Source: an uncultured delta proteobacterium (lineage in GTDB: Bacteria; Desulfobacterota; Zymogenia; Zymogenales; Zymogenaceae). From it: a DNA stretch of 64,000 nt. The position numbers and the translations under genes are program-made. The stretch's first letter is position 1. The number at the start of each line of letters is the position of its first letter. Location of the stretch: positions 640,001 to 704,000 of the forward strand of contig CAVTLK010000005.1 of NCBI GenBank assembly GCA_963735595.1, read 5' to 3'. Below, piece after piece: positions 28,832-38,785 of this stretch. The notes below the pieces were generated by a model, which saw nothing but the letters and a program-made list of their open reading frames with translations, had not been told where the DNA came from and ran no database searches.

Positions 28832-30520
28832 TTGGTTAAGGAAAATCTGCGCGAGATCATCACCGGTAGCCTGTGTAAACTAAAGGACAGCGGTTTTATT
28901 TCTACGGATCCCCTCCCCATCGCCCAGATAGAGATTCCCAAGGATCCCAGCCACGGCGATTTTGCCACGAACATCGCCATGATCTTGGCCTCCGCCGAAA
29001 AAAAGAACCCACGGCAGCTGGCCGAACATATCGTAAACGCAATCACCACAAACGGTTCCGTATCGGATGAGGGCTTCGTCAAGAGCGTCGAGGTCGCCGG
29101 GCCGGGGTTTATCAATATCACGCTGTCGGAGAATTTCTGGCGGGACGTCGTCCGCCGGGTGCTCAACGGCGGCGAAACATACGGCAACGTCGACCTCGGA
29201 GGCGGCAGGCGAGTACAGATCGAGTTCGTCAGCGCCAACCCGACGGGTCCGCTGCACGTGGGCCACGCCCGGGGCGGTGTGGTCGGCGACGCGATGGCCA
29301 ATATCCTCTCTGCCGCAGGCTACGAGGTCGAGCGGGAGTACTACATCAACGACGCCGGTGTCCAGATGGAAAACCTGGGCAAGAGCGTTTTTGCCCGTTA
29401 TCAGGAACTTTTCGGGCGGTCGGTTGTCTTTGAAGATAACTACTATATGGGAGACTATATTAAGGATATTGCGGTCAGGATCAGGGATGCCCAGGGCGAT
29501 CGGCTGCTGGAAATACCCGAGGCGGACGCCGTTACACTCTGTAAAGACGTCGCCTGCCGCGAAGTCCTCGACCAGATCAGAAAAGACCTTGCGGACTTCG
29601 GGATCGTCTACAACGAATGGTTTTCCGAAAAGAGCCTCTACGATGAGGGACTCGTTTCCAAATACATCCAGGAATTCAAGGAGCGCCGCCTGATCTACGA
29701 GAAGGAAGGGGCGCTCTGGTTTGACACCACCGACTACGGGGACGACAAGGACCGGGTCGTTATCAAGAGCGACAACGAGCCGACCTATTTCGCCTCGGAC
29801 ATCGCCTACCACTGGGATAAGTTCCATCGGCGGGGATTTGACATCGTCATCAACGTCTGGGGCGCCGATCATCACGGCTACGTGGTCAGGATGAAGGCGG
29901 CGGTCAAGGCGATGGGGATCAAGCCCGAAAACCTTGTCCTCATCCTCGTGCAGCTGGTCAACCTCGTCAGGGGGGGGAAACCCGTCTCCATGTCCAAGCG
30001 GGCCGGTGAATTCGTGACGATCAGGGACGTAATGGACGAGGTGGGCAAGGACGCGATGCGCTGGTTCATGCTCATGCGTACCTATGATTCCCACCTTGAT
30101 TTTGATCTTGACCTGGCCACCAAGCAGTCCCAGGAGAACCCGGTTTACTATGTCCAGTACGCCCACGCCCGGATCTGCTCCATCCTCCGCCAGGCCGAGG
30201 AAGCGGGGCAGGCCGTGGTTCCCGATCCCGGCACCGTGGATCTCTCGCCCCTGAAGCTGCCGGAAGAGCTTTTGCTGATGAAGGTATTGGCGCGGTTCCC
30301 GGACGTGATTGCGGACTCCGCCCGTGAGATGGAGCCCCATCGGGTCATCTTCTATGTCTTCGAGCTTGCGTCTGACTTTCATAGCTACTATAACCGTAAC
30401 CGGGTGATCACCGAAGACCGTGCGCTGACGGCGGCGCGTCTGGGACTCGTCGCCGCGATCGGCGTCGTGATCAGAAAGGCCCTTACGATTGTTGGAGTAT
30501 CCGCGCCGGAGCGGATGTAG
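28832..30520 (+). CDS. argS: Arginine--tRNA ligase
   Basis: HGDFATN, EFVSANPTGPLHVGH, YFASDIAYH, WGADHHGY, MSKRAG, YVQYAHAR. Confidence 0.97.
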   Translation: MVKENLREIITGSLCKLKDSGFISTDPLPIAQIEIPKDPSHGDFATNIAMILASAEKKNPRQLAEHIVNAITTNGSVSDEGFVKSVEVAGPGFINITLSENFWRDVVRRVLNGGETYGNVDLGGGRRVQIEFVSANPTGPLHVGHARGGVVGDAMANILSAAGYEVEREYYINDAGVQMENLGKSVFARYQELFGRSVVFEDNYYMGDYIKDIAVRIRDAQGDRLLEIPEADAVTLCKDVACREVLDQIRKDLADFGIVYNEWFSEKSLYDEGLVSKYIQEFKERRLIYEKEGALWFDTTDYGDDKDRVVIKSDNEPTYFASDIAYHWDKFHRRGFDIVINVWGADHHGYVVRMKAAVKAMGIKPENLVLILVQLVNLVRGGKPVSMSKRAGEFVTIRDVMDEVGKDAMRWFMLMRTYDSHLDFDLDLATKQSQENPVYYVQYAHARICSILRQAEEAGQAVVPDPGTVDLSPLKLPEELLLMKVLARFPDVIADSAREMEPHRVIFYVFELASDFHSYYNRNRVITEDRALTAARLGLVAAIGVVIRKALTIVGVSAPERM

Positions 30521-30556
30521 GGTTATTTATTTCATAGACGCATAAGGGGGTATGAG

Positions 30557-31222
30557 ATGAAGGGAAGAGATATGAAATATTTCACCGACGATGATGACGA
30601 AAAGAAGGTGCGGGACTACCGCAAGAACAAGGAAGCCTACGAATTCTCCCTGGAGTCGCGCCACATGGCGCTGCTGGTGGTCGTGGGTCTGATTGTGGCC
30701 GTGCTGGTCTTTTCCGTCGGGTATATCACGGGCAAGTCCCAGGCCCTCAAAGGGATTGAGACAGCCGGTCTTCCCGGCGGGGAAACGGGCCTTGTCCCGA
30801 CGCCTTCCGGGGACCTGGTTGCGGAAGGCGAAAAGCCGGCCGTCAATTTCTACGACACTCTAGGTGAGGGAGACGTCCCGACAGATGAGATGGGCTCGTA
30901 TACACCGCCCGGGACGGAACCGGAGACGCCCAAGCCGCCGACCGACGTTGCCACCGGCCCCAAGCCGGACGATGCCAGCAAGACCGTCTTCTATTTCATC
31001 CAGATGATCACCACGAAGGACAAGAAGAAGGCCGAGGACCTCGTCACATCGCTCAAGAACGACGGATACCCGGCCTATTCCAAGGACCTGGGTGACGGCA
31101 CAACCCGCGTGGGGATTAAGTGGTACAAGACCAAAGAGGAGGCCGATAAGGCCCTCAAGGATATCGCGACCAAGGATAAGTACAAGAGCTATAAACCGGA
31201 GATCGGGACGGGGTGGCCCTAA
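30557..31222 (+). CDS. SPOR-domain cell-division protein (FtsN/DedD-like)
   Basis: Single TM helix, Pro-rich linker, C-terminal SPOR-like domain; argS-SPOR synteny is common. Confidence 0.75.
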   Translation: MKGRDMKYFTDDDDEKKVRDYRKNKEAYEFSLESRHMALLVVVGLIVAVLVFSVGYITGKSQALKGIETAGLPGGETGLVPTPSGDLVAEGEKPAVNFYDTLGEGDVPTDEMGSYTPPGTEPETPKPPTDVATGPKPDDASKTVFYFIQMITTKDKKKAEDLVTSLKNDGYPAYSKDLGDGTTRVGIKWYKTKEEADKALKDIATKDKYKSYKPEIGTGWP

Positions 31223-31289
31223 ACCGCCCCGGAAAAACTCCGTCTTGCCGGGGGGAGCCCCAGTCGGGGAGGTGGAACTGCCTCCACTA

Positions 31290-31342
31290 TCATTGCGAGC
31301 CCCAATGGGGCGAAGCAATCCACCCACTACTACGGTGACAGA
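31290..31342 (+). repeat. GTCATTGCGAG-family repeat (degenerate)
   Basis: tcattgcgagccccaatggggcgaagcaatcc...cggtgacag. Confidence 0.6.
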
Positions 31343-31437
31343 CCGCCGACGTTTAACGGCGGCAAGAACGGATATGATACGATATATCGATACGGCTATG
31401 TACCTATTGCGTAGTCGTAAGAAGGAAAACTGAATCG

Positions 31438-31644
31438 ATGCCGAGTGTGACCATCAACGCCGAGCTGTGCAAAGGGTGTGAGCTGTGTGTGGAGGCGTGC
31501 CCAAAAAAGATCATCGTCATCGGAAACGCGCCCAACGGCCAGGGCTACTTTACGGCAGTATGGGAAGACGATGCCCGCACATGTACGGGATGCGCCTTAT
31601 GTGCCGAGATGTGCCCCGATATCGCTATTGAGGTGTTCAAGTGA
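31438..31644 (+). CDS. 2-oxoacid:ferredoxin oxidoreductase delta (2x[4Fe-4S]) subunit
   Basis: CKGCELCVEACP, CTGCALCAEMCPDIAIEV; overlaps the next gene start. Confidence 0.9.
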   Translation: MPSVTINAELCKGCELCVEACPKKIIVIGNAPNGQGYFTAVWEDDARTCTGCALCAEMCPDIAIEVFK

Positions 31645-32729
31645 ACGAGACCGCCGGACGCCCGGCCGAAACCAGGAGAGAGCTCATCAAGGGCAACGAG
31701 GCAATCGCGATGGGGGCGCTGGACGCGGGGCTGAAGTTTTACTTCGGTTACCCCATTACCCCCCAGAACGACATCCCCGAGTACCTCTCGTTTCACCTGC
31801 CGAAGGCCGGCGGCGCCTTCATCCAGGCAGAGAGCGAGATCGCCTCGATCAACATGGTGCTGGGCGCGGCGGCTACCGGCAAGCGTGCCATGACGTCTTC
31901 GTCCAGCCCGGGCATCTCGCTGATGCAGGAGGGAATCTCCTACATGGCAGGAAGCGAGATCCCCGGCGTAATCGTCAACATCTCGCGCAGCGGACCGGGG
32001 CTGGGCGGTATTTCGCCCTCGCAGGGCGACTATTTTCAGTCGACCCGCGGCGGCGGCCACGGGGACTACCGGACGATGGTTTTGGCGCCCAACTCCGTCC
32101 AGGAGCTCTACGACCTGACAATAGCGGCCTTTGACCTTGCCGATATCTACCGCAATCCGGTCGTGATCCTGGGCGACTCGATCCTGGGCCAGATAAAGGA
32201 GCCGATGGTGCGGCACAAGGCCGTCGCCCCCCCGCTCGCCAAACCCTGGGCACTGACGGGAGCGGCAGGCCGCCCGCCCCAGTTGCTCAAGTCCCTCTAC
32301 CTGGCGGAAGGGGAGCTGACCATCCATAACTGGAAGCTCAAGGAAAAGTACGATTCGATGGCAAAGGATGCCCAGTACGATACGTATCTCGTCGACGATG
32401 CCCGGCTTATCGTCTCGGCATACGGTTCGGTTTCCCGGATCGTGCGCACCTCGATTGACCGGGTCAGGGAGAAGGGGATGAAGGTGGGGCTGCTGCGCCC
32501 GATCACGCTGTTCCCGTTTCCCCACGCGCCGCTGTTGGAGCTCTCGCGCCGCGTCAAGGAGTTCTTCGTGGTGGAGCTCAACACCGGCCAGATGGTGGAG
32601 GACGTCAGGCTCTCGGTCGCGGGGGATGCGCGGGTCGATTTCTTCGGCAATCCGCCCGGGTCGATCCCGTCTCCGGCCCAGTTGGAGGAGCTCATCGAAG
32701 AGCGGTACAAACGCATCGGGACCCCATAG
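31641..32729 (+). CDS. vorB: 2-ketoisovalerate-type 2-oxoacid:ferredoxin oxidoreductase alpha-type subunit
   Basis: GNEAIA, GYPITPQ, QAESEIASINMV, TSSSSPG, RGGGHGDY. Confidence 0.88.
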   Translation: MNETAGRPAETRRELIKGNEAIAMGALDAGLKFYFGYPITPQNDIPEYLSFHLPKAGGAFIQAESEIASINMVLGAAATGKRAMTSSSSPGISLMQEGISYMAGSEIPGVIVNISRSGPGLGGISPSQGDYFQSTRGGGHGDYRTMVLAPNSVQELYDLTIAAFDLADIYRNPVVILGDSILGQIKEPMVRHKAVAPPLAKPWALTGAAGRPPQLLKSLYLAEGELTIHNWKLKEKYDSMAKDAQYDTYLVDDARLIVSAYGSVSRIVRTSIDRVREKGMKVGLLRPITLFPFPHAPLLELSRRVKEFFVVELNTGQMVEDVRLSVAGDARVDFFGNPPGSIPSPAQLEELIEERYKRIGTP

Positions 32730-32743
32730 GCGTCTGATACGAT

Positions 32744-32769
32744 AAAAACCCGGCACTGCCGGGTTTTTT
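32744..32769 (+). terminator. Intrinsic (bidirectional) terminator after vorB
   Basis: aaaaacccggca-c-tgccgggtttttt. Confidence 0.8.
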
Positions 32770-32889
32770 AATGCCAAATTTAAGGCCAATAATGCAATCG
32801 GTGGGCCCGGTTTCCTCATTCTGTTGACTAATCAGTTTTCCCGATTTACAATAGTACCATTGTGCTATTTCCGATAATGGAGCATAGCT

Positions 32890-34767
32890 ATGCCGACGAT
32901 TCAGGCGCTCAAGAAGAAACATCCCGAGAAGTTTGTTTCCGAGGACGAGATATTCGGGAACATTCACCGTGGTGACCGGATATTTATCAGCACGGGATGC
33001 GGGGAGCCGCAGTATTTGGTGGGTGCGTTGATCAAGTTTGTTGAGTCGCACCCGAAGGCGGTGTTCGACTCGGAGGTATTCCAGGTTTGGACGCTGGGGG
33101 TGGCGCCGTACACGGACGACAAGTTCAAGTCTAATTTTCGGCACAACTCGTTTTTCATTGGGAACGACACGCGCGGTGCGATCAACCGCGGTGCTGCTGA
33201 CTACACGCCGATATTTTTATCGCAGGTTCCGGGGCTGTTGGACCGCCGGATGATCCCGGTGGACGTGGCGCTGGTGCAGGTATCGGTGCCTGACGAGCAC
33301 GGGTACGTGAGCCTGGGAGTGAGCGTGGACATCGTGAAGTCTGCGGTGGCCAACGCGACGACGGTGATAGCGCAGGTGAACTCGCGGATGCCGCGGGTGC
33401 ACGGGGACGGGTTTGTGCACATTGATGCGATCGACTACATCATTGTTCACGACGAGGAGCTGCTGGTCTACGAGGACACGACGCCCGACGAGATAGCGCA
33501 TGCGATTGGGCGGTACGTGGCGCGGATTGTGCGTGACGGGGATACGATCCAGGTGGGATACGGGAGCCTGCCGAACGCGATCATTGCCAATTTGGAGAAC
33601 AAGGAGCACCTTGGGGTGCACACGGAGTTATTTTCCGACGGGATTGCACAGCTGATGCAAAAGGGAGTGATCGACAATTCGAAGAAGACGATCAACCGCG
33701 GCAAGACGGTGACGACGTTTTGCATGGGCAGGCGCGAGACGTACGATTTTATCAACGACAATCCCTCGATAGAGTTTCGGACGGTAGACTACACGAATGA
33801 TCCGCTGGTGATAGCGCAGCACCGGAACATGGTGGCGATCAACAGCGCCCTGGCGGTGGATTTGACGGGTCAGGCGACGGCGGAATCGATCGGGACGACG
33901 TTTTACAGCGGTATCGGGGGCCAGGCGGACTTCATGCGGGGCGCGATTTTATCTCCCGGCGGCCGGACGATTTTAGCATTGGCCTCGACGGCGGAGGGGG
34001 GCAAGGTATCGCGGATCGTGCCGTTTTTGCGCGAGGGTGAGGGGGTGACGCTGAACCGCGGCGACATACACTACGTGGTGACGGAGTGGGGGATCGCGTA
34101 CCTGCACGGCAAGAACATCCGCGAGCGGGCGATGGAGCTTATAGCGGTGGCGCACCCTGATTTTCGACAGAAGCTCATCGAGGATGCGCGGCGTTTGTCG
34201 TTGATCTACAAGGACCAGGCGTTCATCCCCGGCAAGGAGGGCCAGTACCCCGAGCACATGGAGATCTACCGGACCACGGCCGCGGGGCTCACGATATTCC
34301 TGAGGCCCGTCAAGATCAGCGACGAGCCGCTCCTGAAGGACTTCTTCTACGACCTCTCGGACAAGACCATTTACCGGCGCTTCTTTACGATGCGCCCCGA
34401 TATGCCGCACGAGCGCCTGCAAAGCTACGTCATTATCGACTATACCAAGGAGATCGTTATCCTCGCGTCGATCATGGAGGAGGAAAAGGAGGTCATCGTC
34501 GGCATGGGGCAGTACATCATCGAGGAGACGTCGCTCTCCGCGGAGGTGGCCTTCATCGTCAAAGACGAGTACCAGAACCGCGGCATCGGCACCGAGATCC
34601 TTACCTACCTCACGTATCTGGCCAAGCGGCACGGGCTGACAAGCTTCACGGCCGAAGTCCTCGTGGAAAATAAGCCCATGATCCACGTGTTTGAGAAGAC
34701 GGGATTTGATATCGAAAAGCGGGGGAGCGAAGGGGTCTACGAGATGAAGCTCAACTTCGTGGATTAG
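32890..34767 (+). CDS. Acetyl-CoA hydrolase/4-hydroxybutyrate CoA-transferase family + C-terminal GNAT fusion, copy 1
   Basis: DGDTIQVGYG, GVHTE (catalytic Glu), SGIGGQADF; GNAT with RPVK, AEVAF, YQNRGIGT. Confidence 0.92.
   Translation: MPTIQALKKKHPEKFVSEDEIFGNIHRGDRIFISTGCGEPQYLVGALIKFVESHPKAVFDSEVFQVWTLGVAPYTDDKFKSNFRHNSFFIGNDTRGAINRGAADYTPIFLSQVPGLLDRRMIPVDVALVQVSVPDEHGYVSLGVSVDIVKSAVANATTVIAQVNSRMPRVHGDGFVHIDAIDYIIVHDEELLVYEDTTPDEIAHAIGRYVARIVRDGDTIQVGYGSLPNAIIANLENKEHLGVHTELFSDGIAQLMQKGVIDNSKKTINRGKTVTTFCMGRRETYDFINDNPSIEFRTVDYTNDPLVIAQHRNMVAINSALAVDLTGQATAESIGTTFYSGIGGQADFMRGAILSPGGRTILALASTAEGGKVSRIVPFLREGEGVTLNRGDIHYVVTEWGIAYLHGKNIRERAMELIAVAHPDFRQKLIEDARRLSLIYKDQAFIPGKEGQYPEHMEIYRTTAAGLTIFLRPVKISDEPLLKDFFYDLSDKTIYRRFFTMRPDMPHERLQSYVIIDYTKEIVILASIMEEEKEVIVGMGQYIIEETSLSAEVAFIVKDEYQNRGIGTEILTYLTYLAKRHGLTSFTAEVLVENKPMIHVFEKTGFDIEKRGSEGVYEMKLNFVD
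32923..34250 (+). repeat. Direct repeat copy A (near-identical to 34823..36150)
   Basis: Offset exactly 1900 nt; about 6 mismatches in the first ~175 nt, then no difference seen by eye over about 33097..34223. Confidence 0.9.
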
Positions 34768-34774
34768 GGGCGAT

Positions 34775-36664
34775 ATGGAAGCCGGCGTGCGACATACGAT
34801 CGACCAGCTAAGATCGCGCAACCCCGAGAAGTTTGTTTCCGAGGACGAGGTATTCGGGAACATTCACCGGGGTGACCGGATATTCATCAGCACGGGATGC
34901 GGGGAGCCGCAGTATCTGGTGGGTGCGTTGATCAAGTTTGTTGAGTCGCACCCGAAGGCGGTGTTCGACTCGGAGGTATTCCAGGTCTGGACGCTTGGGG
35001 TGGCGCCGTACACGGACGACAAGTTCAAGTCTAATTTTCGGCACAACTCGTTTTTCATTGGGAACGACACGCGCGGTGCGATCAACCGCGGTGCTGCTGA
35101 CTACACGCCGATATTTTTATCGCAGGTTCCGGGGCTGTTGGACCGCCGGATGATCCCGGTGGACGTGGCGCTGGTGCAGGTATCGGTGCCTGACGAGCAC
35201 GGGTACGTGAGCCTGGGAGTGAGCGTGGACATCGTGAAGTCTGCGGTGGCCAACGCGACGACGGTGATAGCGCAGGTGAACTCGCGGATGCCGCGGGTGC
35301 ACGGGGACGGGTTTGTGCACATTGATGCGATCGACTACATCATTGTTCACGACGAGGAGCTGCTGGTCTACGAGGACACGACGCCCGACGAGATAGCGCA
35401 TGCGATTGGGCGGTACGTGGCGCGGATTGTGCGTGACGGGGATACGATCCAGGTGGGATACGGGAGCCTGCCGAACGCGATCATTGCCAATTTGGAGAAC
35501 AAGGAGCACCTTGGGGTGCACACGGAGTTATTTTCCGACGGGATTGCACAGCTGATGCAAAAGGGAGTGATCGACAATTCGAAGAAGACGATCAACCGCG
35601 GCAAGACGGTGACGACGTTTTGCATGGGCAGGCGCGAGACGTACGATTTTATCAACGACAATCCCTCGATAGAGTTTCGGACGGTAGACTACACGAATGA
35701 TCCGCTGGTGATAGCGCAGCACCGGAACATGGTGGCGATCAACAGCGCCCTGGCGGTGGATTTGACGGGTCAGGCGACGGCGGAATCGATCGGGACGACG
35801 TTTTACAGCGGTATCGGGGGCCAGGCGGACTTCATGCGGGGCGCGATTTTATCTCCCGGCGGCCGGACGATTTTAGCATTGGCCTCGACGGCGGAGGGGG
35901 GCAAGGTATCGCGGATCGTGCCGTTTTTGCGCGAGGGTGAGGGGGTGACGCTGAACCGCGGCGACATACACTACGTGGTGACGGAGTGGGGGATCGCGTA
36001 CCTGCACGGCAAGAACATCCGCGAGCGGGCGATGGAGCTTATAGCGGTGGCGCACCCTGATTTTCGACAGAAGCTCATCGAGGATGCGCGGCGTTTGTCG
36101 TTGATCTACAAGGACCAGGCGTTTATCCCCGGCAAGGAGGGCCAGTATCCCGAACACCTGGAGGCCTACCGGACGACCGAAGGGGGCCTGGACCTGTTCC
36201 TCCGCCCGGTCAAGATCAGTGACGAGCCGCTCCTGAAGGACTTCTTCTACGACCTCTCGGACACGAGCATCTACCGGCGCTTCTTTATCTACCTTATCTC
36301 CATGCCCCATGAGAAGCTTCAGAAGTTCGTGGTAATCGACCACACGCGGGAGGCGGTAATCATGGCCACCGTCCAGCAGGAGGGGAGGGAGGTCATCGTG
36401 GGGATGGGGCAGTATGTCATCGACCGGCTCTCGCTGACCGCGGAGGTGGCGTTCCTGGTGAGGGATTCATACCAGAACCGGGGGATCGGCACCGAGCTCC
36501 TCAAGTACCTGATGTATCTGGCCCAGAAACAGGGGCTCCTTGGCTTTACCGCCGAGGTGCTCCCGGAAAATACGCCGATGCTGCACGTCTTCGAGGAAAA
36601 CGGCTTTGAACTCACGAGGAAAAGTCTCGGCGGCGTCATGATCCTCAAGCATAATTTCTCGTAG
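34775..36664 (+). CDS. Acetyl-CoA hydrolase/transferase + GNAT fusion, copy 2
   Basis: Transferase domain essentially identical to copy 1; GNAT domain diverged. Confidence 0.92.
   Translation: MEAGVRHTIDQLRSRNPEKFVSEDEVFGNIHRGDRIFISTGCGEPQYLVGALIKFVESHPKAVFDSEVFQVWTLGVAPYTDDKFKSNFRHNSFFIGNDTRGAINRGAADYTPIFLSQVPGLLDRRMIPVDVALVQVSVPDEHGYVSLGVSVDIVKSAVANATTVIAQVNSRMPRVHGDGFVHIDAIDYIIVHDEELLVYEDTTPDEIAHAIGRYVARIVRDGDTIQVGYGSLPNAIIANLENKEHLGVHTELFSDGIAQLMQKGVIDNSKKTINRGKTVTTFCMGRRETYDFINDNPSIEFRTVDYTNDPLVIAQHRNMVAINSALAVDLTGQATAESIGTTFYSGIGGQADFMRGAILSPGGRTILALASTAEGGKVSRIVPFLREGEGVTLNRGDIHYVVTEWGIAYLHGKNIRERAMELIAVAHPDFRQKLIEDARRLSLIYKDQAFIPGKEGQYPEHLEAYRTTEGGLDLFLRPVKISDEPLLKDFFYDLSDTSIYRRFFIYLISMPHEKLQKFVVIDHTREAVIMATVQQEGREVIVGMGQYVIDRLSLTAEVAFLVRDSYQNRGIGTELLKYLMYLAQKQGLLGFTAEVLPENTPMLHVFEENGFELTRKSLGGVMILKHNFS
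34823..36150 (+). repeat. Direct repeat copy B
   Basis: See copy A; the shadow ORFs in the track are also duplicated at +1900. Confidence 0.9.
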
Positions 36665-36766
36665 GCCGCGTGGCCGCGGCACGGGCAGGTGCCGAAAGAC
36701 GCTTCCGTAAGAGTCCGGTAACCTTCTTCATCATCGCGTGTGCCCACCTCGATTCCGGGAGACGTG

Positions 36767-38635
36767 ATGGCCGTAAAAACCATAAAGAAGCTCTACGCCG
36801 AAAAGACCCGTCCCCTCGACGAAGTCCTTTCGCTTGTCCGCCGGGGCGACCGGGTGTTCCTCGGCGGCGGCTGCGGCCGCCCGATGTTCCTGGCCGAGTC
36901 GCTGGCGGCCTACGCCCGCGCCAACCCGTCGCCCGTCTCTCCCAATCACGTCTACCATCTCTATTCCTTTGGCGTGGTCCCGAGCGAGGCCGACCCCTTT
37001 GACGACAACTTCAGGAAGAATATTTTCTTTATCGGGCGCGACCAGCGCGACTGCGTGGCCAGGCGCAGCGCCGATTACTCACCCATCTTTCTTTCGCAGG
37101 TGCCGGGGTTTCTGAAAAGCCGGTCGGTTGACCTTGACGCCGCGCTCATCCAGGTCGGCCCGCCGGACGCGTGCGGGTATATGAGCCTGGGCGTCAGCGT
37201 CGATATCACGAAGGCCGCCGTGAAAAACGCCCGGATCGTCATCGCCCAGGTGAACCGCCGGATGCCCCGGGTGCACGGCGACGCGTTCGTCCACCTTGAA
37301 GAGGTCGATGCCGTTATCCGGTACGACGAGGAGCTTCCCGAATACATCGAGAAAGCCCCCGACGAGGTCGCCGATCGGATCGGCTCCTATGTATCCCCGA
37401 TCATCCGCGACGGCGACACGATCCAGGTTGGCTACGGAAGCCTGCCCAATGCGATCCTGGGCCACCTTGGGCAGAAGAAACACCTCGGCATACACACGGA
37501 GCTTCTGACCGACGGGCTGGTAGACCTTATCCGGTGCGGCGCCGTGGACAACTCCGCCAAGGGAGTGGACGAGGGCAGGTCCGTGGTGAGCTTCTGTATG
37601 GGCACGCGGCCGACCTACGACTATATCCACGACAACCCGGGCATAGAGTTTCGGACCTCCGAGTATACCAACAACCCGCTCGTGATCGCGCGGATCAACG
37701 CGATGACGGCCGTGAACACGGCGCTGGCCGTTGACCTCACCGGCCAGGCGACGGCCGAATCCATCGGCTATTCCTTTTACAGCGGGATCGGGGGGCTGGC
37801 CGACTTCATGCGGGGGGCGATCCTGTCGCCCGGGGGAAGGACGATACTGACGCTGCCGTCCACCGCCGAGGAGGGTAAGGTCTCCCGGATCGTCCCGCTG
37901 CTCCCCGACGGGACGGGCGTGACCCTCGGCCGGGGAGACGTGCACTACGTGGTGACCGAATACGGGATCGCGTATCTGGCGGGCAAGAACATCCGGGAGC
38001 GGGCGATGGAGCTTATCGCGGTGGCCCATCCTGATTTTCGCCCGTGGCTCATCAAGGAGGCGCGCCGGCTTAATCTTGTTTATAGCGACCAGGCCTTCAT
38101 AACGGGTAAGGCCGGGGAGTACCCCGAGCACCTGGAACGGTGGCGGACGATGGGGACGGGCATGACGGTACTCTTTCGGCCCGTCAAGATGAGCGACGAG
38201 CCGCTCTTGAAGGATTTTTTCTACGCGCTCTCGCCGGAGTCGCTCTATAAGCGTTTCTTCTCCCGCCGGCAGGACATGCCCCACGAGATCCTCCAGCGGT
38301 TTGCGGTCATCGACTACACGAAAGAGATGATCGTCCTTGCCACGATCATGCAGGACCAAAAGGAGATCGTCATCGGGATGGGGCAGTACAAGATCACCGA
38401 AAAGACGCGGACGGCCGAGGCCGCGATGGTCGTCAGGGACGGGTACCAGGGCAGGGGCATCGGGACGGTGATGGTCGACCAACTGGTGTATCTCGCCCGC
38501 CGGCAGGGCCTGGTGGCGTTTACGGCAGACGTCTTCGAAGACAACTCCCCGATGCTCAGGGTGTTCGAGAAGTCGGGCCTTGACGTTGAGAGGAAATGTG
38601 AATACGGCGTTTACAAGATGCGGGTGAGTTTATAG
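36767..38635 (+). CDS. Acetyl-CoA hydrolase/transferase + GNAT fusion, copy 3 (diverged)
   Basis: Same architecture, GIHTE retained, host-like C-ending codons; GGAG RBS before ATG 36767. Confidence 0.92.
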   Translation: MAVKTIKKLYAEKTRPLDEVLSLVRRGDRVFLGGGCGRPMFLAESLAAYARANPSPVSPNHVYHLYSFGVVPSEADPFDDNFRKNIFFIGRDQRDCVARRSADYSPIFLSQVPGFLKSRSVDLDAALIQVGPPDACGYMSLGVSVDITKAAVKNARIVIAQVNRRMPRVHGDAFVHLEEVDAVIRYDEELPEYIEKAPDEVADRIGSYVSPIIRDGDTIQVGYGSLPNAILGHLGQKKHLGIHTELLTDGLVDLIRCGAVDNSAKGVDEGRSVVSFCMGTRPTYDYIHDNPGIEFRTSEYTNNPLVIARINAMTAVNTALAVDLTGQATAESIGYSFYSGIGGLADFMRGAILSPGGRTILTLPSTAEEGKVSRIVPLLPDGTGVTLGRGDVHYVVTEYGIAYLAGKNIRERAMELIAVAHPDFRPWLIKEARRLNLVYSDQAFITGKAGEYPEHLERWRTMGTGMTVLFRPVKMSDEPLLKDFFYALSPESLYKRFFSRRQDMPHEILQRFAVIDYTKEMIVLATIMQDQKEIVIGMGQYKITEKTRTAEAAMVVRDGYQGRGIGTVMVDQLVYLARRQGLVAFTADVFEDNSPMLRVFEKSGLDVERKCEYGVYKMRVSL

Positions 38636-38754
38636 GGGTGATCTTAAGGGTAGGGCTGTCGGTACTCAGATGCCTGCGAATTACTGTATCCGTTTTCATC
38701 GAGCGCCGTCTAAAGTGATAACGCCCGTTTTTTCCCGTTGCGCCTTAACAACCC

Positions 38755-38780
38755 GTAGGGACACGACTTGTCGTGTCCGT
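38755..38780 (+). repeat. GTAG-type REP
   Basis: GTAGGGACACGACTTGTCGTGTCCGT (GTAG + hairpin). Confidence 0.9.
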
Positions 38781-38785
38781 CATCA

